Assembly (NCBI GenBank): GCA_036676395.1
Contig: JAKFCY010000002.1
Location: forward strand, 1,056,001-1,120,000
Reading direction: 5' to 3'
DNA length: 64,000 nt
Source: Bdellovibrio sp.
Lineage (GTDB): Bacteria; Bdellovibrionota; Bdellovibrionia; Bdellovibrionales; Bdellovibrionaceae
Of this stretch, positions 29,563 to 41,100 are shown piece after piece (position 1 is the first letter of the stretch; every line of letters begins with the position of its first letter). A program made the translations under genes and the position numbers. Below the pieces are notes generated by a model, which was not told where the DNA came from, ran no database searches, and saw only the letters and a program-made list of their open reading frames with translations.

Positions 29563-31025
29563 AAAAGCTTTTAGTTTTATTGCTTTTCATGCCCATGTTG
29601 ATCGCAATTAATAACCTGACTGATGGTTTTCGTATTGCTGCCAATGGCGGCGAAACAAGAGTTTACGCCAAAGACGGTGGGGCGCAAGGCGCATGTTACG
29701 CCGTCAAAAATCATCATGCGACGAATGATTTATTTGTGCCGACAAAATCCACGGCAGAGTGGACTTCATTTGTTAGTAATACTCCAACATTTGTAACTAA
29801 AACTTTATGTCAGCCAAAATCTTGTCTTGAAATTAAAAATTTAATGGGAAATCCCGCCGATGGTTTATACACCATCGATTCTGATGGTGACGGTGCGAAT
29901 ACCGCGTACCAAGCTTATTGTGATATGACCACTGATGGCGGTGGCTGGACCAGAATTTTTCGTCATCATCTGCAAGGCGGATATTTTGCGACGGTCTCTG
30001 GTGCTATCACTGCAAATATTGCAACCCCGACGGCAGATCTGTATTCAGTGTTAGATAAAATTCCTGATTTTTTAGACAGCGGAAAATATAAATTTCGCCA
30101 AACCTGGCCAGGTTATGCAAAGAAAAATATTTGGCTGCAATCGACTAATCCACTTTTGGATGTGGATGCGGCAGGAGTTGTAGCAATTGCGGTGAATGCC
30201 CATAGTGATACTAGACAGCTTTACTGGGGCGGAATTGAATTGGGTAACGGAACTCATAGCGCAACTAACGGAAACGCCTCTTTGTTAGATGGATCTGTTG
30301 AACATACCAATTGGTTTTACGGCATAGGGCAAGCCTCGGTTTGGAATTCGGGAATTCCTGCAGACACCTCAGTGTCTTCGCTTGGTGTAAGTGAAACCGT
30401 TTTATGGATTAAAGATGAAGGTGTCTACGCGTATCGTAATTCATGCAAAGCGATTTTGGATGCGGGTGAGTCAACCGGAAATGGACTTTACACGATTGAC
30501 CCGGGCAGTATGGGTTCACCGCTTCAAGTTTACTGTGACATGACCAGCGATGGTGGTGGCTGGACGCGAGCTTTTTATCACACAGCCTCGGGATCGCTTT
30601 TTGTGAACAATGCAGAAGCGCTTTCAAGCAATCAGGCAGCACCACTGACGACAACAAAATATTCTATTTTAAGTCGCCTGTCAGGATTTTTGCGTGCCGG
30701 AAAATTTGAATTAAAAATAGATTGGCCAGCTAGTCCGAATCCGAATATTAGAAATTGGTGGACACAAACTAGTGATTTTACTTCGCAACCCGTGGCAGGT
30801 TATATCGGCGTTTCAATCGGCACATCAACCCAAGGTTGGGGCGGGCTAGAGTACGGAACTCCGGGCACAACGCTTGCCGATGGTTCGGTGGGAACAGGTT
30901 CTTATTGGTATGCGATAGGTTTAAATGCACTTTGGGGAGCAAACAATCCGGGGTTGCCTTCGTCGGAAGAAGTCGCTGGCGCGCCAGACACTGGCGTGCC
31001 CCGAGTCGAACTCTGGGTTAAGTAA
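29559..31025 (+). CDS. Secreted protein with two fibrinogen-like (YCDxxxxGGGW) domains, copy 1
   Basis: Signal peptide; two SC..I...G.Y.ID...YCDMT.DGGGW units; ATGA overlap with fibre 1. Confidence 0.88.
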   Translation: MKKLLVLLLFMPMLIAINNLTDGFRIAANGGETRVYAKDGGAQGACYAVKNHHATNDLFVPTKSTAEWTSFVSNTPTFVTKTLCQPKSCLEIKNLMGNPADGLYTIDSDGDGANTAYQAYCDMTTDGGGWTRIFRHHLQGGYFATVSGAITANIATPTADLYSVLDKIPDFLDSGKYKFRQTWPGYAKKNIWLQSTNPLLDVDAAGVVAIAVNAHSDTRQLYWGGIELGNGTHSATNGNASLLDGSVEHTNWFYGIGQASVWNSGIPADTSVSSLGVSETVLWIKDEGVYAYRNSCKAILDAGESTGNGLYTIDPGSMGSPLQVYCDMTSDGGGWTRAFYHTASGSLFVNNAEALSSNQAAPLTTTKYSILSRLSGFLRAGKFELKIDWPASPNPNIRNWWTQTSDFTSQPVAGYIGVSIGTSTQGWGGLEYGTPGTTLADGSVGTGSYWYAIGLNALWGANNPGLPSSEEVAGAPDTGVPRVELWVK

Positions 31026-31046
31026 TCTTAACATGATTTAGGTTTT

Positions 31047-31118
31047 GTTTCATTCTGAAACAGTCCAGTAAACAAAAAACAAAATTAATCTTCATTTTAA
31101 TGTCAAAAATACCGACAA
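31047..31118 (+). promoter_or_regulatory. Palindromic operator plus sigma28-type promoter of fibre gene 2
   Basis: GTTTCA-TTC-TGAAAC (31047-61); ACCGACAA (31111-18) lies 7 nt before GTG 31126. Confidence 0.7.
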
Positions 31119-31125
31119 GAATACT

Positions 31126-34100
31126 GTGATGGACGTTGCTGGAACCACTAAAAATTTGAATGTTTTTAGATTGTTAGTCGTTTTTATTTTTTTAAACGCG
31201 TCGCTAGCTTTTGCCGGTCCAAATCGCACAACTTATCAAGCCAAAATTATGAAGCCTGATGGTTACCCCTTAGAAGCTTCAACCGTAAATTTTAAATTTA
31301 CAATTTTAAATCCAGTGGGCGATTGTATTTTATATGCTGAAACTTATTCTTCAGTGAATATGTCTTCAACAGGTGGATTAATTTCTTTTGCTCTGGGTTC
31401 TGGAGTAAAAACTTATCCAGTATCGGCTACAACTTTTGAACAAGTTTTTTCTAACATCACACCAAGTTTATCTTGTGATGCCGGTGGCCCTGGGAATTAT
31501 GTGCCATTGGCCAGTGACTCAAGAAAAGTTGTTATGCAGTTTCATGACGGTGCAGGATGGCAGACACTTCCTGCAATGAGCATCAATGCGGTACCGTATG
31601 CGATGTATGCCAATGAATCTTTAAAATTAAATGGCAAAGCTGACACTGATTTTGTGCAGGTCGCAGCGATTCCGACATGTCTATCAACTGAAGCCCTTCA
31701 GTATAACGGAACCAGTTTTTCATGTATAAGTACGACAAACGTTTCTGCAGCCGCTGTTGTTGCAGCTCTGGGTTACACGCCGGCAACGGGTGCAAGTGTT
31801 ACAGCACTTTCTTCTTCGTTATCAACAACGGATGCAACTGTAGCTTCGGTTTCATCAGCAGTATTTTCTGTATCTTCAACGGTGTCAACTTTAGCAAGCT
31901 CTGTAGCGGCAAGTTTTACTTCGATCACTTCATCGCAGTGGTTAACCAGTGGTACGGCGATTTCATATGATTCTGGATTTGTCGGTATCGGCACAGCATC
32001 ACCTATTACGAAATTAGAAGTTTCTGGCGGTGTGAAAATCAGTATGGAATCTGCAGCTTGTGCTGTTAGCTTTGCCGGAACTCTACGTTATAATTCTGGT
32101 TTAGTTGAATATTGTAATGGCGCTTCATGGTCAGCATTTGGTGTAGCCGGTGCAGGAATTACTTTAGTTAATGGTTCATCTTCGGGCACACAAACTTTTG
32201 TAACTGGTATTAGCGGAACTAATTTTAATGTTACGACGAATAATGGAGTTCACTCGTTTAATATTCCGTCAGCAGCATCAGCTTCTGTGACCGCGGGTTT
32301 ATTATCGAATACTGATTATGCCACATTCAGTGCGAAAATGAATGCAACTAGTGCGGCAGTAGTTGCAGCAATGGGTTACACGCCGGCAAATTCAAGTACG
32401 GTGGCAACGATTTCTTCTAGTTTAAATACGGTTTCTTCGACGGTGACTAGTTTAACTAATTCTACGGCAGCGAGTTTTGCGGCGATCACTTCGTCGCAAT
32501 GGGTAACGAGTGGTTCAACTATTAATTACATGGCAGGCGCTGTAGGAATTGGAACAACGAATCCAGGTGCGTTATTAGATTTAACTGCCGATCTTGGCAG
32601 TGGACCATCGCTAAATATATATAATACGAACACATCTGATGGTCGCTCAGTCATTCATTTTCGGAATGATAGAGTTTTAAGTCAAAGATACGAAGTGGGT
32701 ATTGACCCAGGTGGTTCAACTACAAAAAATTTCGCTGTTCGTGATTTGACAGCCTCAGGTTCACCAGTGCGCTTTGCGATTGCGCCTAATGGCAGAGTAG
32801 GTATCGGCACAACAAGCCCGCTTGCACCGTTAGATGTTTCAGGAACTATTCGCAGTGCGATTACTGCTGATGGTAATTTTTTTACATTGCAAAGAACAGG
32901 AAATAGAATTCACTATGTGCAAGGCACAGGGCAACTTTTACGCTTAAATTCTGATAGCCCTACGACTTATGATTTTCAATTAGATGCGACAAACGGAAAT
33001 ATTTTTATGGCCACAGGTTTTGGTCATGTCGGTATAGGTATCGCATCACCCAATGCGAAATTACATTTAGCTTCTGGTTCAACGACAGTCGCTCCGTTAA
33101 AAATAACTTCAGGCACATTATTATCAGCCGCACAAGCTGGTGCGGTTGAATACGATGGGTTTTATTATTATATCACTGATGGAGCGGGCACGCGCCGCGC
33201 GATTGCAACTGTCGCTAATCCGGGAACATATGATAATGCTTCTGTGATTTCATCATCAGGAAATATTTCGCTGGTGCCGGTGGGATCAGTTGTTGTTTCA
33301 AGTACAACAGCTTCAACGAATTCAAGCACTGGCGCCTTAGTCGTTACCGGTGGTTTAGGTGTTGCCGGAAATATTTATTCTTCGGGAACAATTATTACAA
33401 ATTCAACAATGCAAGCCAGTTCTGTCACTGCAACATCGGCCATGATTACCCCGATTATTTATGGTGGTACCGGAGTTTCTGGAAATTTACGTTTAGAATC
33501 GACGACGAATGTAACTAAAGGAAATATTATCTTAGCGCAGGGCTCGGGTAATGTGGGTATTGGTCAAGCTACTCCGTTGGCTAAACTTTATGTTGATGCG
33601 GATGGGATGTCGCCGAACACGCCAATGCCGGGATCAGTCGCAGTTTTTGATAATGAAGCGGCTGATATGAATATTTCATTAATGACGGCCCCACACCGTA
33701 AAGCTTCAGTTTATTTTGGTAATACCGGAACTGCTTCACGCGGAGCTGTTAGTTATCAGTTTAATTCACAAAGTTATTTAGATAAAATGCATTTCGATGT
33801 AAATTCATCAACTCGCCTGTCGATTACAGGCAGTGGCGCCGTCGGTATCGGAATCACGACTCCATTGTATCCTTTAGATATCGCAGCCTCTGGAACGCTT
33901 CCATTACGCGTTCAAAGTACGACTGACGGAAACAGTGCGGGCATCAGATTTGACACAAAAGATTCTGGAGCTTCTGCAAGAGTGGGTTATTTGAGTTGGA
34001 TTCCGGCTCTTGGTACGAACCAAAGTTATTTTGATTTTGTAAATCAAACAGGAACTTCGTTAATGAGTGTACGAGCTGATGGTAATGTCGGCGTGGGCGT

Positions 34101-36609
34101 AGCCGCTCCGAATGCCAGACTTCATTTAGCTTCAGGTTCAACAACAGTTGCTCCGCTAAAATTAACTGCCGGAACTTTATTAGCTTCACCAGCCTCAGGG
34201 GCCATCGAATATGATGGTACGTATTTATATTTAACTGATGGCACAAATTCTCGTAAGGCTATTTTAACTGATACGGGCGGAAATTACGCGATTAATCACC
34301 TGACTTCTGCAGGCAATATTACAATGACTCCAAATTCATCTGTCATTGTTTCTTCAACGGCGGCTTCAACAAATTCACAAACCGGTGCCTTGGTGGTAAA
34401 AGGTGGCCTTGGTGTAGCCGGAAATATTTATTCAAGTGGAACAATCGTTACCTCTTCGAATATTGAAGGTAATGGCATTAAAACTAAAGGCACAACGGCG
34501 TATTTAGAAATGCACGATACAAACACTTTGTATTCAGCAAATCCGCAATCGGCGCTCGTGTTCAGAGATAGCGGAAATTCGCAATATAGTTTTATCGGGC
34601 CAAGTAATGGTTCAATGATATGGAACAGTTGGTTGCCAATCGAATTAGATACCACTGGTGGTGTTGATTTATATGTAAGTCTAAATGGTAAAGTGGGTAT
34701 TGGAACATCGTCACCAACTAGTAATTTAGATATTAACCCTGTTGGTTACATTGCTGATAATACCTCGGCATTAAAAGTTGGTGGATCGGTTTCGGCTCCG
34801 ATTTCAGGAAGTTACGGAAGTTCAAAAATTTCACTGAGCGCAAATTATGTAGGTTACGGCGCAGGCCCGCGCGCGATTAATCTTTATCCGTCTACGCAAG
34901 TTGACGGGCATGGTATTGGTTTATCAAATGGCTTAACAGAACTTTATAGTAACGGAAATTTTGGTTTCTTTGTTAGACCAAATCGTGCGGATGTGAATGG
35001 AACATACACTTCAACTGAAGTGGTCCGAATGACTTCGACGGGGCGTATGGGTATCGGAACCAGTGCGCCAGCAACACAATTACATATTAAAGGAACTGGT
35101 CCGTATATAGCTTTTGAAGACTCAGAAGATCCTAATGGTTCATATGGTAGTATTACACAGTTTCAAAACGGCAACATGTTCTATGATGCAGATTTTAATA
35201 ATACGGCAACTCCGGGTGGTCATGTTTTTAGAACAGACGGCGGCGCAAATACGATTATGACTATGACCAGTTCAGGTCATGTGGGTATTGGTACGATCGC
35301 GCCAGAAGTTAATCTACATGTTAACAGTGCTACTACGCCGCATGTTTCAGGAACTGAACTGCTTCGTTTAACGGCGCCTCATCTAGGTGCAACGATAGGT
35401 AGCGGCGGAATTTTAAAATTCACAAATAATGTGGCTACAGCAGATGCTGCCGCTATTAGAACTTATACTCACGGAGCGAATGACGTTTCATTAAAATTTA
35501 TGACTGGATACGGATCTGGAACTTTGCAAGACCGTATGACAATCGCTAATAATGGTAACGTCGGTATCGGTACGGCCACGCCAGCACAGAAATTATCTGT
35601 CGTCGGTGATGTATCTGTAACTGGTCAGCTCACTTCAAAAGATTTCTTTGAAAAGACAGTTAACATTGCAGATGGCTGGGCCATCGGCGATTATGTTGAA
35701 ATCGTGCAAGGCTGGCCAAATGGTGCCGGGGCTTCAAGTAATTGGGAAGTTCACGTCGGCGGTACGCGTGGTAATTGGACTGAAGGCACGACTTACCTAA
35801 TCACAGGAACGCATGCTGTTGGCAATGCATGGAGAGAAGCACCTCATAGTTCAGAGAGTGGCTACACTGGCGGTAGTAAATGTTTTACTGTTGATATTAA
35901 TGGTAATGCAAATTCACCGCAATTTAGAATCAGAGCCATAAAAGCCAGCGCTAGTTGTGGTACGGCTGGGGCAGTATTGCCGTTAAATTTCAGAATACGA
36001 TCACTTGGAAATAATGCAACTTGGACAAGTTTGTCTGCAACGGGCACCGGCGCAACCGTTGTTGGTATGCAGCCTATGGGATTATCTTGGAATGTTTATA
36101 CAGGCAATCCGCAAGGCAATGGTAATTTGGCCATTCATGCAAATAGTGCCGGTAATGTCGGTATCGGAACAACTGCACCAAGTGAAAAACTAGAAGTCAG
36201 CGGCAGTGTGAAAGCTACAGCTTATTTATACACTTCGGATGAACGTTTGAAAAAAGAAATTGTCACTTTGCCTGATGCGCTGACAAAAGCTTTACAGCTT
36301 CGCGGTGTGAATTTTGTCTGGAGAAATAACAACGAAAAAACTGTGGGCTTTATTGCCCAAGAAGTTGAAGCCGTTTATCCAGAGTTAGTAAAAACCGATA
36401 AAGTTTCTGGGTTTAAAGCTGTTCAATACGGTAATATCGTAGCCATTTTAGTTGAAGCCTTAAAACAAGAGCACGAAGAGCGCGTCAGATCAGTGGCTAA
36501 CGTGGCTGAAAAATCTGAAATGCGCATGAATCAACTTGAAAAAGAAAATCAGGACCTTAAAGCGCGTCTTGAAAAACTAGAAAAATTCTTTAGCGAAAAG
36601 ACAAAATGA
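31126..36609 (+). CDS. Giant secreted tail-fibre-like adhesin 2 with S74 chaperone
   Basis: Same N-domain; about 12 GxVGIGT repeats; YTSDERLK S74 domain very similar to that of fibre 1. Confidence 0.9.
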   Translation: MMDVAGTTKNLNVFRLLVVFIFLNASLAFAGPNRTTYQAKIMKPDGYPLEASTVNFKFTILNPVGDCILYAETYSSVNMSSTGGLISFALGSGVKTYPVSATTFEQVFSNITPSLSCDAGGPGNYVPLASDSRKVVMQFHDGAGWQTLPAMSINAVPYAMYANESLKLNGKADTDFVQVAAIPTCLSTEALQYNGTSFSCISTTNVSAAAVVAALGYTPATGASVTALSSSLSTTDATVASVSSAVFSVSSTVSTLASSVAASFTSITSSQWLTSGTAISYDSGFVGIGTASPITKLEVSGGVKISMESAACAVSFAGTLRYNSGLVEYCNGASWSAFGVAGAGITLVNGSSSGTQTFVTGISGTNFNVTTNNGVHSFNIPSAASASVTAGLLSNTDYATFSAKMNATSAAVVAAMGYTPANSSTVATISSSLNTVSSTVTSLTNSTAASFAAITSSQWVTSGSTINYMAGAVGIGTTNPGALLDLTADLGSGPSLNIYNTNTSDGRSVIHFRNDRVLSQRYEVGIDPGGSTTKNFAVRDLTASGSPVRFAIAPNGRVGIGTTSPLAPLDVSGTIRSAITADGNFFTLQRTGNRIHYVQGTGQLLRLNSDSPTTYDFQLDATNGNIFMATGFGHVGIGIASPNAKLHLASGSTTVAPLKITSGTLLSAAQAGAVEYDGFYYYITDGAGTRRAIATVANPGTYDNASVISSSGNISLVPVGSVVVSSTTASTNSSTGALVVTGGLGVAGNIYSSGTIITNSTMQASSVTATSAMITPIIYGGTGVSGNLRLESTTNVTKGNIILAQGSGNVGIGQATPLAKLYVDADGMSPNTPMPGSVAVFDNEAADMNISLMTAPHRKASVYFGNTGTASRGAVSYQFNSQSYLDKMHFDVNSSTRLSITGSGAVGIGITTPLYPLDIAASGTLPLRVQSTTDGNSAGIRFDTKDSGASARVGYLSWIPALGTNQSYFDFVNQTGTSLMSVRADGNVGVGVAAPNARLHLASGSTTVAPLKLTAGTLLASPASGAIEYDGTYLYLTDGTNSRKAILTDTGGNYAINHLTSAGNITMTPNSSVIVSSTAASTNSQTGALVVKGGLGVAGNIYSSGTIVTSSNIEGNGIKTKGTTAYLEMHDTNTLYSANPQSALVFRDSGNSQYSFIGPSNGSMIWNSWLPIELDTTGGVDLYVSLNGKVGIGTSSPTSNLDINPVGYIADNTSALKVGGSVSAPISGSYGSSKISLSANYVGYGAGPRAINLYPSTQVDGHGIGLSNGLTELYSNGNFGFFVRPNRADVNGTYTSTEVVRMTSTGRMGIGTSAPATQLHIKGTGPYIAFEDSEDPNGSYGSITQFQNGNMFYDADFNNTATPGGHVFRTDGGANTIMTMTSSGHVGIGTIAPEVNLHVNSATTPHVSGTELLRLTAPHLGATIGSGGILKFTNNVATADAAAIRTYTHGANDVSLKFMTGYGSGTLQDRMTIANNGNVGIGTATPAQKLSVVGDVSVTGQLTSKDFFEKTVNIADGWAIGDYVEIVQGWPNGAGASSNWEVHVGGTRGNWTEGTTYLITGTHAVGNAWREAPHSSESGYTGGSKCFTVDINGNANSPQFRIRAIKASASCGTAGAVLPLNFRIRSLGNNATWTSLSATGTGATVVGMQPMGLSWNVYTGNPQGNGNLAIHANSAGNVGIGTTAPSEKLEVSGSVKATAYLYTSDERLKKEIVTLPDALTKALQLRGVNFVWRNNNEKTVGFIAQEVEAVYPELVKTDKVSGFKAVQYGNIVAILVEALKQEHEERVRSVANVAEKSEMRMNQLEKENQDLKARLEKLEKFFSEKTK
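32107..32204 (+). repeat. 98-bp perfect direct repeat shared with 25387-25484
   Basis: Identical to the fibre 1 copy. Confidence 0.9.
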
Positions 36610-38069
36610 AAAAGCTTCTAGTTTTACTTATCTTTTTGCCAATGCTGATCGGGATTAATAACCTGACCGATGGTTATCGTATTCCTGCAGCAGGTGGATC
36701 GACTAGAATTTATGCCAAAAATGGTGGAGCTCAAGGGGCTTGTTACACTGTTCAGAATAATCATGCGACAAATGATTTATTTGTTCCGACGAAGTCTGTT
36801 GCTGAGTGGACAGCTTTTATTGCGGGAACTCCAACATTTGCAGCTAAAACTTTATGCCAGCCAAAATCATGCAAAGAAATTATGACTCTGATGGGAAGCC
36901 CGGCTGATGGAGTTTACACCATTGATTCAGATGGTGCCGGAGTGGGCACTTCTTATCAAACTTACTGTGATATGACCACAGACGGTGGCGGTTGGACGAG
37001 AATTTTTCGTCATCATGTAGCTGGTGGATATTTTACGACTACATCTGATGCGATCACGAAAAACACCAATGATGCAAATAATAATTTATACTCGGCATTA
37101 AATAAAATTCCTGATTTTGTTAGTAATGGAAAATACCGCTTTCGTATGAATTGGCCGGGTTACCCGCAAAAAAATATTTGGATTCAGACAACGAATCCGC
37201 TGGATGACGTAGATGTAGCGGGTGTTATTCCGATTGCAGTAAATACCTTTGCGCAGACTAGATTACTTAACTGGGGTGGCATTGAATTGGGTAACGGAAC
37301 ACATGGCCCAACCAATGGTGATGCTTCATTGATTGATGGATCTATTGAACACACTAATTGGTTTTTTGCCATTGGTAGTGATGCTGCTTATTCTACTCCG
37401 CCGGGAATTCCGGCCGATACGCCGCTTGCAAGTGGTGGGGTTTCTGAAACGGTGTTATGGATTAAAGAAGATGATGTTGTCGTGTCTTACAACTCGTGTA
37501 AAGCTATTTTAGATGCAGGAGCTTCAACAGGTTCAGGCATTTACACCATTGATCCGGGAAGTCTTGGTTCGCCTATTCCAGTTTATTGTGACATGACCAC
37601 AGACGGTGGCGGCTGGACAAGAGCTTTTTATCATACGGTATCAGGTGCTTTGTTTGTAAATAATGCCGAAGCATTAAATAGCAATCAAAGTGCACCATTG
37701 AATACGATTAAATACTCAATCTTAAATCGCCTTTCTGGATTTTTACGAGCGGGAAAATACGAATTAAAAATAAACTGGCCAGACAGTGGAAGCACGGCGC
37801 GCAATTGGTGGACACAAACCAGCAACTTCACCTCGCAACCTGCGGCTGGTTATGTCGGCGTTGCCATTGAGTCTACAAGTAATTTTTGGGGCGGGCTTGA
37901 ATTCGGAAACGAAGGCACAACATTAGCTGATGGATCAGTGGGTAGTGGAACCTGGTTCTATTCTATCGGGGCGCAAACAAATTGGGGAACGCCAGATGGG
38001 CTGCCGGCTTCGGATCAAATTTTTGGTTCTGGGGTTGGTGTGCCTAAAGTCGAACTTTGGATCAAGTAG
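36606..38069 (+). CDS. Secreted protein with two fibrinogen-like domains, copy 2
   Basis: Colinear paralogue of 29559-31025; ATGA overlap with fibre 2. Confidence 0.88.
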   Translation: MKKLLVLLIFLPMLIGINNLTDGYRIPAAGGSTRIYAKNGGAQGACYTVQNNHATNDLFVPTKSVAEWTAFIAGTPTFAAKTLCQPKSCKEIMTLMGSPADGVYTIDSDGAGVGTSYQTYCDMTTDGGGWTRIFRHHVAGGYFTTTSDAITKNTNDANNNLYSALNKIPDFVSNGKYRFRMNWPGYPQKNIWIQTTNPLDDVDVAGVIPIAVNTFAQTRLLNWGGIELGNGTHGPTNGDASLIDGSIEHTNWFFAIGSDAAYSTPPGIPADTPLASGGVSETVLWIKEDDVVVSYNSCKAILDAGASTGSGIYTIDPGSLGSPIPVYCDMTTDGGGWTRAFYHTVSGALFVNNAEALNSNQSAPLNTIKYSILNRLSGFLRAGKYELKINWPDSGSTARNWWTQTSNFTSQPAAGYVGVAIESTSNFWGGLEFGNEGTTLADGSVGSGTWFYSIGAQTNWGTPDGLPASDQIFGSGVGVPKVELWIK

Positions 38070-38070
38070 T

Positions 38071-38143
38071 GTTTCATTGTGAAACGAAAACTTAAAGATT
38101 TCGCGCCAAAAAAGTTTTATAAAAGCGTCAAAAATACCGACAA
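38071..38143 (+). promoter_or_regulatory. Palindromic operator plus sigma28-type promoter of fibre gene 3
   Basis: GTTTCA-TTG-TGAAAC (38071-85); ACCGACAA (38136-43) lies 7 nt before in-frame GTG 38151. Confidence 0.7.
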
Positions 38144-38150
38144 GTTAAGA

Positions 38151-41100
38151 GTGAAAAGTAGACGTTGGCAGGATAAATTTCTGAACCATTTTGCGTTTTT
38201 ATTTTTTGTGTTTACAGTGTTAAACACATTCAGTGCCTTTGCTGGTCCAACACGCACAACTTATCAAGCTAAAATTGTTAAACCTGATGGTTACCCACTT
38301 GAAGCCTCGAATGTAAATTTTAAATTCACGATTTTAGATCCTTCAGGAAGCTGTATTCTTTTTGCTGAAACTTATAATTCAGTGAATATGTCTTCAACTG
38401 GTGGGTTAATTTCTTTTTCACTGGGTGCTGGTGTAAAAACTTTTCCGGTCAGTGGTACAACGTTTGAACAAGTTTTTTCTAATATTACACCGAACATGGC
38501 TTGTGATACGGGTGGTGCACCTGCAGTTTATACGCCGATGGCCAATGATGCCCGTAAGATCGTGATGCAGTTTCATGATGGTTTAGGTTGGCAAACACTG
38601 CCTGCAATGAATATCAATGCTGTGCCTTACGCGATGTATGCCAATGATTCGCAAAAATTTAATGGCATGGTTCCATCTGAATTTGTACAAGTGTCGACTA
38701 TTCCAACATGTACAGCTTCAGAAGCTTTACGCTACACAGGTTCAGCTTTTCAATGTGTAACCGCGGGTGGTGAATCTGTTTCTTCTGGTTCTGTCATCAC
38801 AGCTCTTGGTTACACGCCGGCAGACAGTGCAACTGTATCGACAGTTTCTACTTACGCATCGAATGTAAGTTCAACGGTGTTTTCAGTTTCTTCGACGGTT
38901 TCATCATTTCAATCATCAGTGGCGGCCAGTTTTTCAGCCATCGTAAATTCACAGTGGATAACAAGTGGCACAGCTCTTGGTTATGATGCGGGTCGAGTTG
39001 GTATTGGCACTTTAAATCCTGCTTATAATTTACATGTCATGCAACCGGTGAGTGGTCCAACCAGTGTGACTATCGATGCTTTTTCAGGAACGCCCGGAAT
39101 TTATTTTCGTAAAGCTAACGGTACGGCAGCTACTCCTCAGGCCGTGTCAAACAGCACAGCTCTTTTAGAAATTGCAGCAGTTGGGCACGGGCAAACTGCA
39201 TACCTTTCAAGTTCAGCGGCAAAAATGATTATGGCCGCCGAAGAAGATTGGACAGACGCAACAGGTGCAGCATCAATTCGTTTTCACACGCGTGGTTCAA
39301 GTACGACAGCTGCTTCACTAGAAAGAATGCGCATCGATAAAAATGGTAACGTCGGTATTGGCACTGTTACGCCAATGACTAAGTTAGATGTTTCAGGTGG
39401 TGTGCGGATCAGTATGGAAGTTGCAGCCTGTGCGGTAAGTTTTGCAGGTACGCTTCGTTATAATTCTGGTGTTGTCGAATATTGTAATGGATCAGCGTGG
39501 ACTCAATTTGGAATAAGTGGTGCAGGTATCACAGCGTTGAACGGTTTAGTTTCTGGATCGCAAACTTTTGCGCTTGGAAATTCAGGAACGTTACCAAATA
39601 TTTCTTCAACCGGTTCGGTTCATACTTTTAATTTTCCGTATGCGGCTTCAGCAGGTGTGACTTCAGGTTTAATTTCAAACACTGATTACGCAACTTTTAA
39701 TAACAAACAATCAGCTACAAGTGCCGCGATGATTGCAACACTTGGGTATACTCCGGCAAATGCTGTGAGTGTAACAACTCTTTCTTCAACGGTAGCAACC
39801 ATGCAGGCCTCTGTTGCTACCATCACAAGTTCACAATGGGTAACCAGCGGGACTGCGGTTTATTACAATGCAGGTAACGTAGGTATAGGCACAAGCTCTC
39901 CGACGTCTCGCTTAGATTTATCAGCTAATGCTGTTGTTGATGCCAACACTTTAACGTTTAGTAATTTAACTCAAAGTACAAATGTCATTCTGCGCACAAA
40001 AGACTATATGAATAATTTAGGCTGGCAAATCGCAGCAGCCGGTGGTTCGCAAGAATTATTTCATATTCGTGATGGCGCAGGTAACCCAAGATTATTTATT
40101 AACACAGCTAACAACACAATGGGTGTGGGTGCTGCAAGCGCTACCGCAAGATTACATATTACTTCTGGTACAGCCGCTATTCCTGCCTTCAAATTTACTT
40201 CTGGTACTTTAGTAACTACACCACAATCAGGTTCGATGGAATTTGATGGGTTTAATTTTTACTTAACAGATACCTCGGGAATTCGCCGCACGATTGCGAC
40301 AGGAGCAAGTTCTAGCAGTATTGATAATGCTTCAATAATTAATTCATCAGGTCATATCACGATGGTTCCACAAGCGGGATCAGTGATCGTGTCGAGCACA
40401 ACGGCCAGCATAAATTCGGCAACGGGTGCGCTTGTTGTTAAGGGTGGAGTTGGTGTATCAGGCGATGCTAATATTGCCGGTACCGTAACCGCTGCCAATG
40501 CCATTTTAGGTTTATCGACTGGAATGGTTGGCATTGGTGCTTCAACGCCAACGACAAAACTAGATGTTAGATCTGAAGGTGCGCTCAAAGTCGCGCGTAT
40601 TCAATACAGCGGTACAGGTTTTGCGACGCAACCCAATTTAGAAATGTTTCGCTCGCGTGGAACCATTGATTCGCCAACTGCAGTTTTAGCTAATGATGTT
40701 TTAGGTTCTTGGTCTGCCATCGGTCACAATGGTGTATCGTTTGGTGCAGGATCAACAGCTGGAATTTTAATTCGCGCTACACAAAATTTTTCGGGGACCA
40801 GTGCTGGGTCATATATGACATTTAATACGACGGCCTCAGGCACATCGACTCAAGTTGAAAGAATGCGTATTGATAATCTGGGTAATGTCGGTTTAGGTAC
40901 GACAGCTCCAGATGCGCGTTTAGATGTGGTAGGCGCAATTAAAATTACCGGATTTTCATCCGGAACTTTCATGTATGTAAATGATAATGCCAGTAGTGGT
41001 ACGCCGTTAAATGACGGTGCCCGTTTCATTTACGATGGTAATGCCTTCGGCGGTAACTATGATGCCGTTGTTTTTGAAAAAACAGATGCAAATAATGTAG

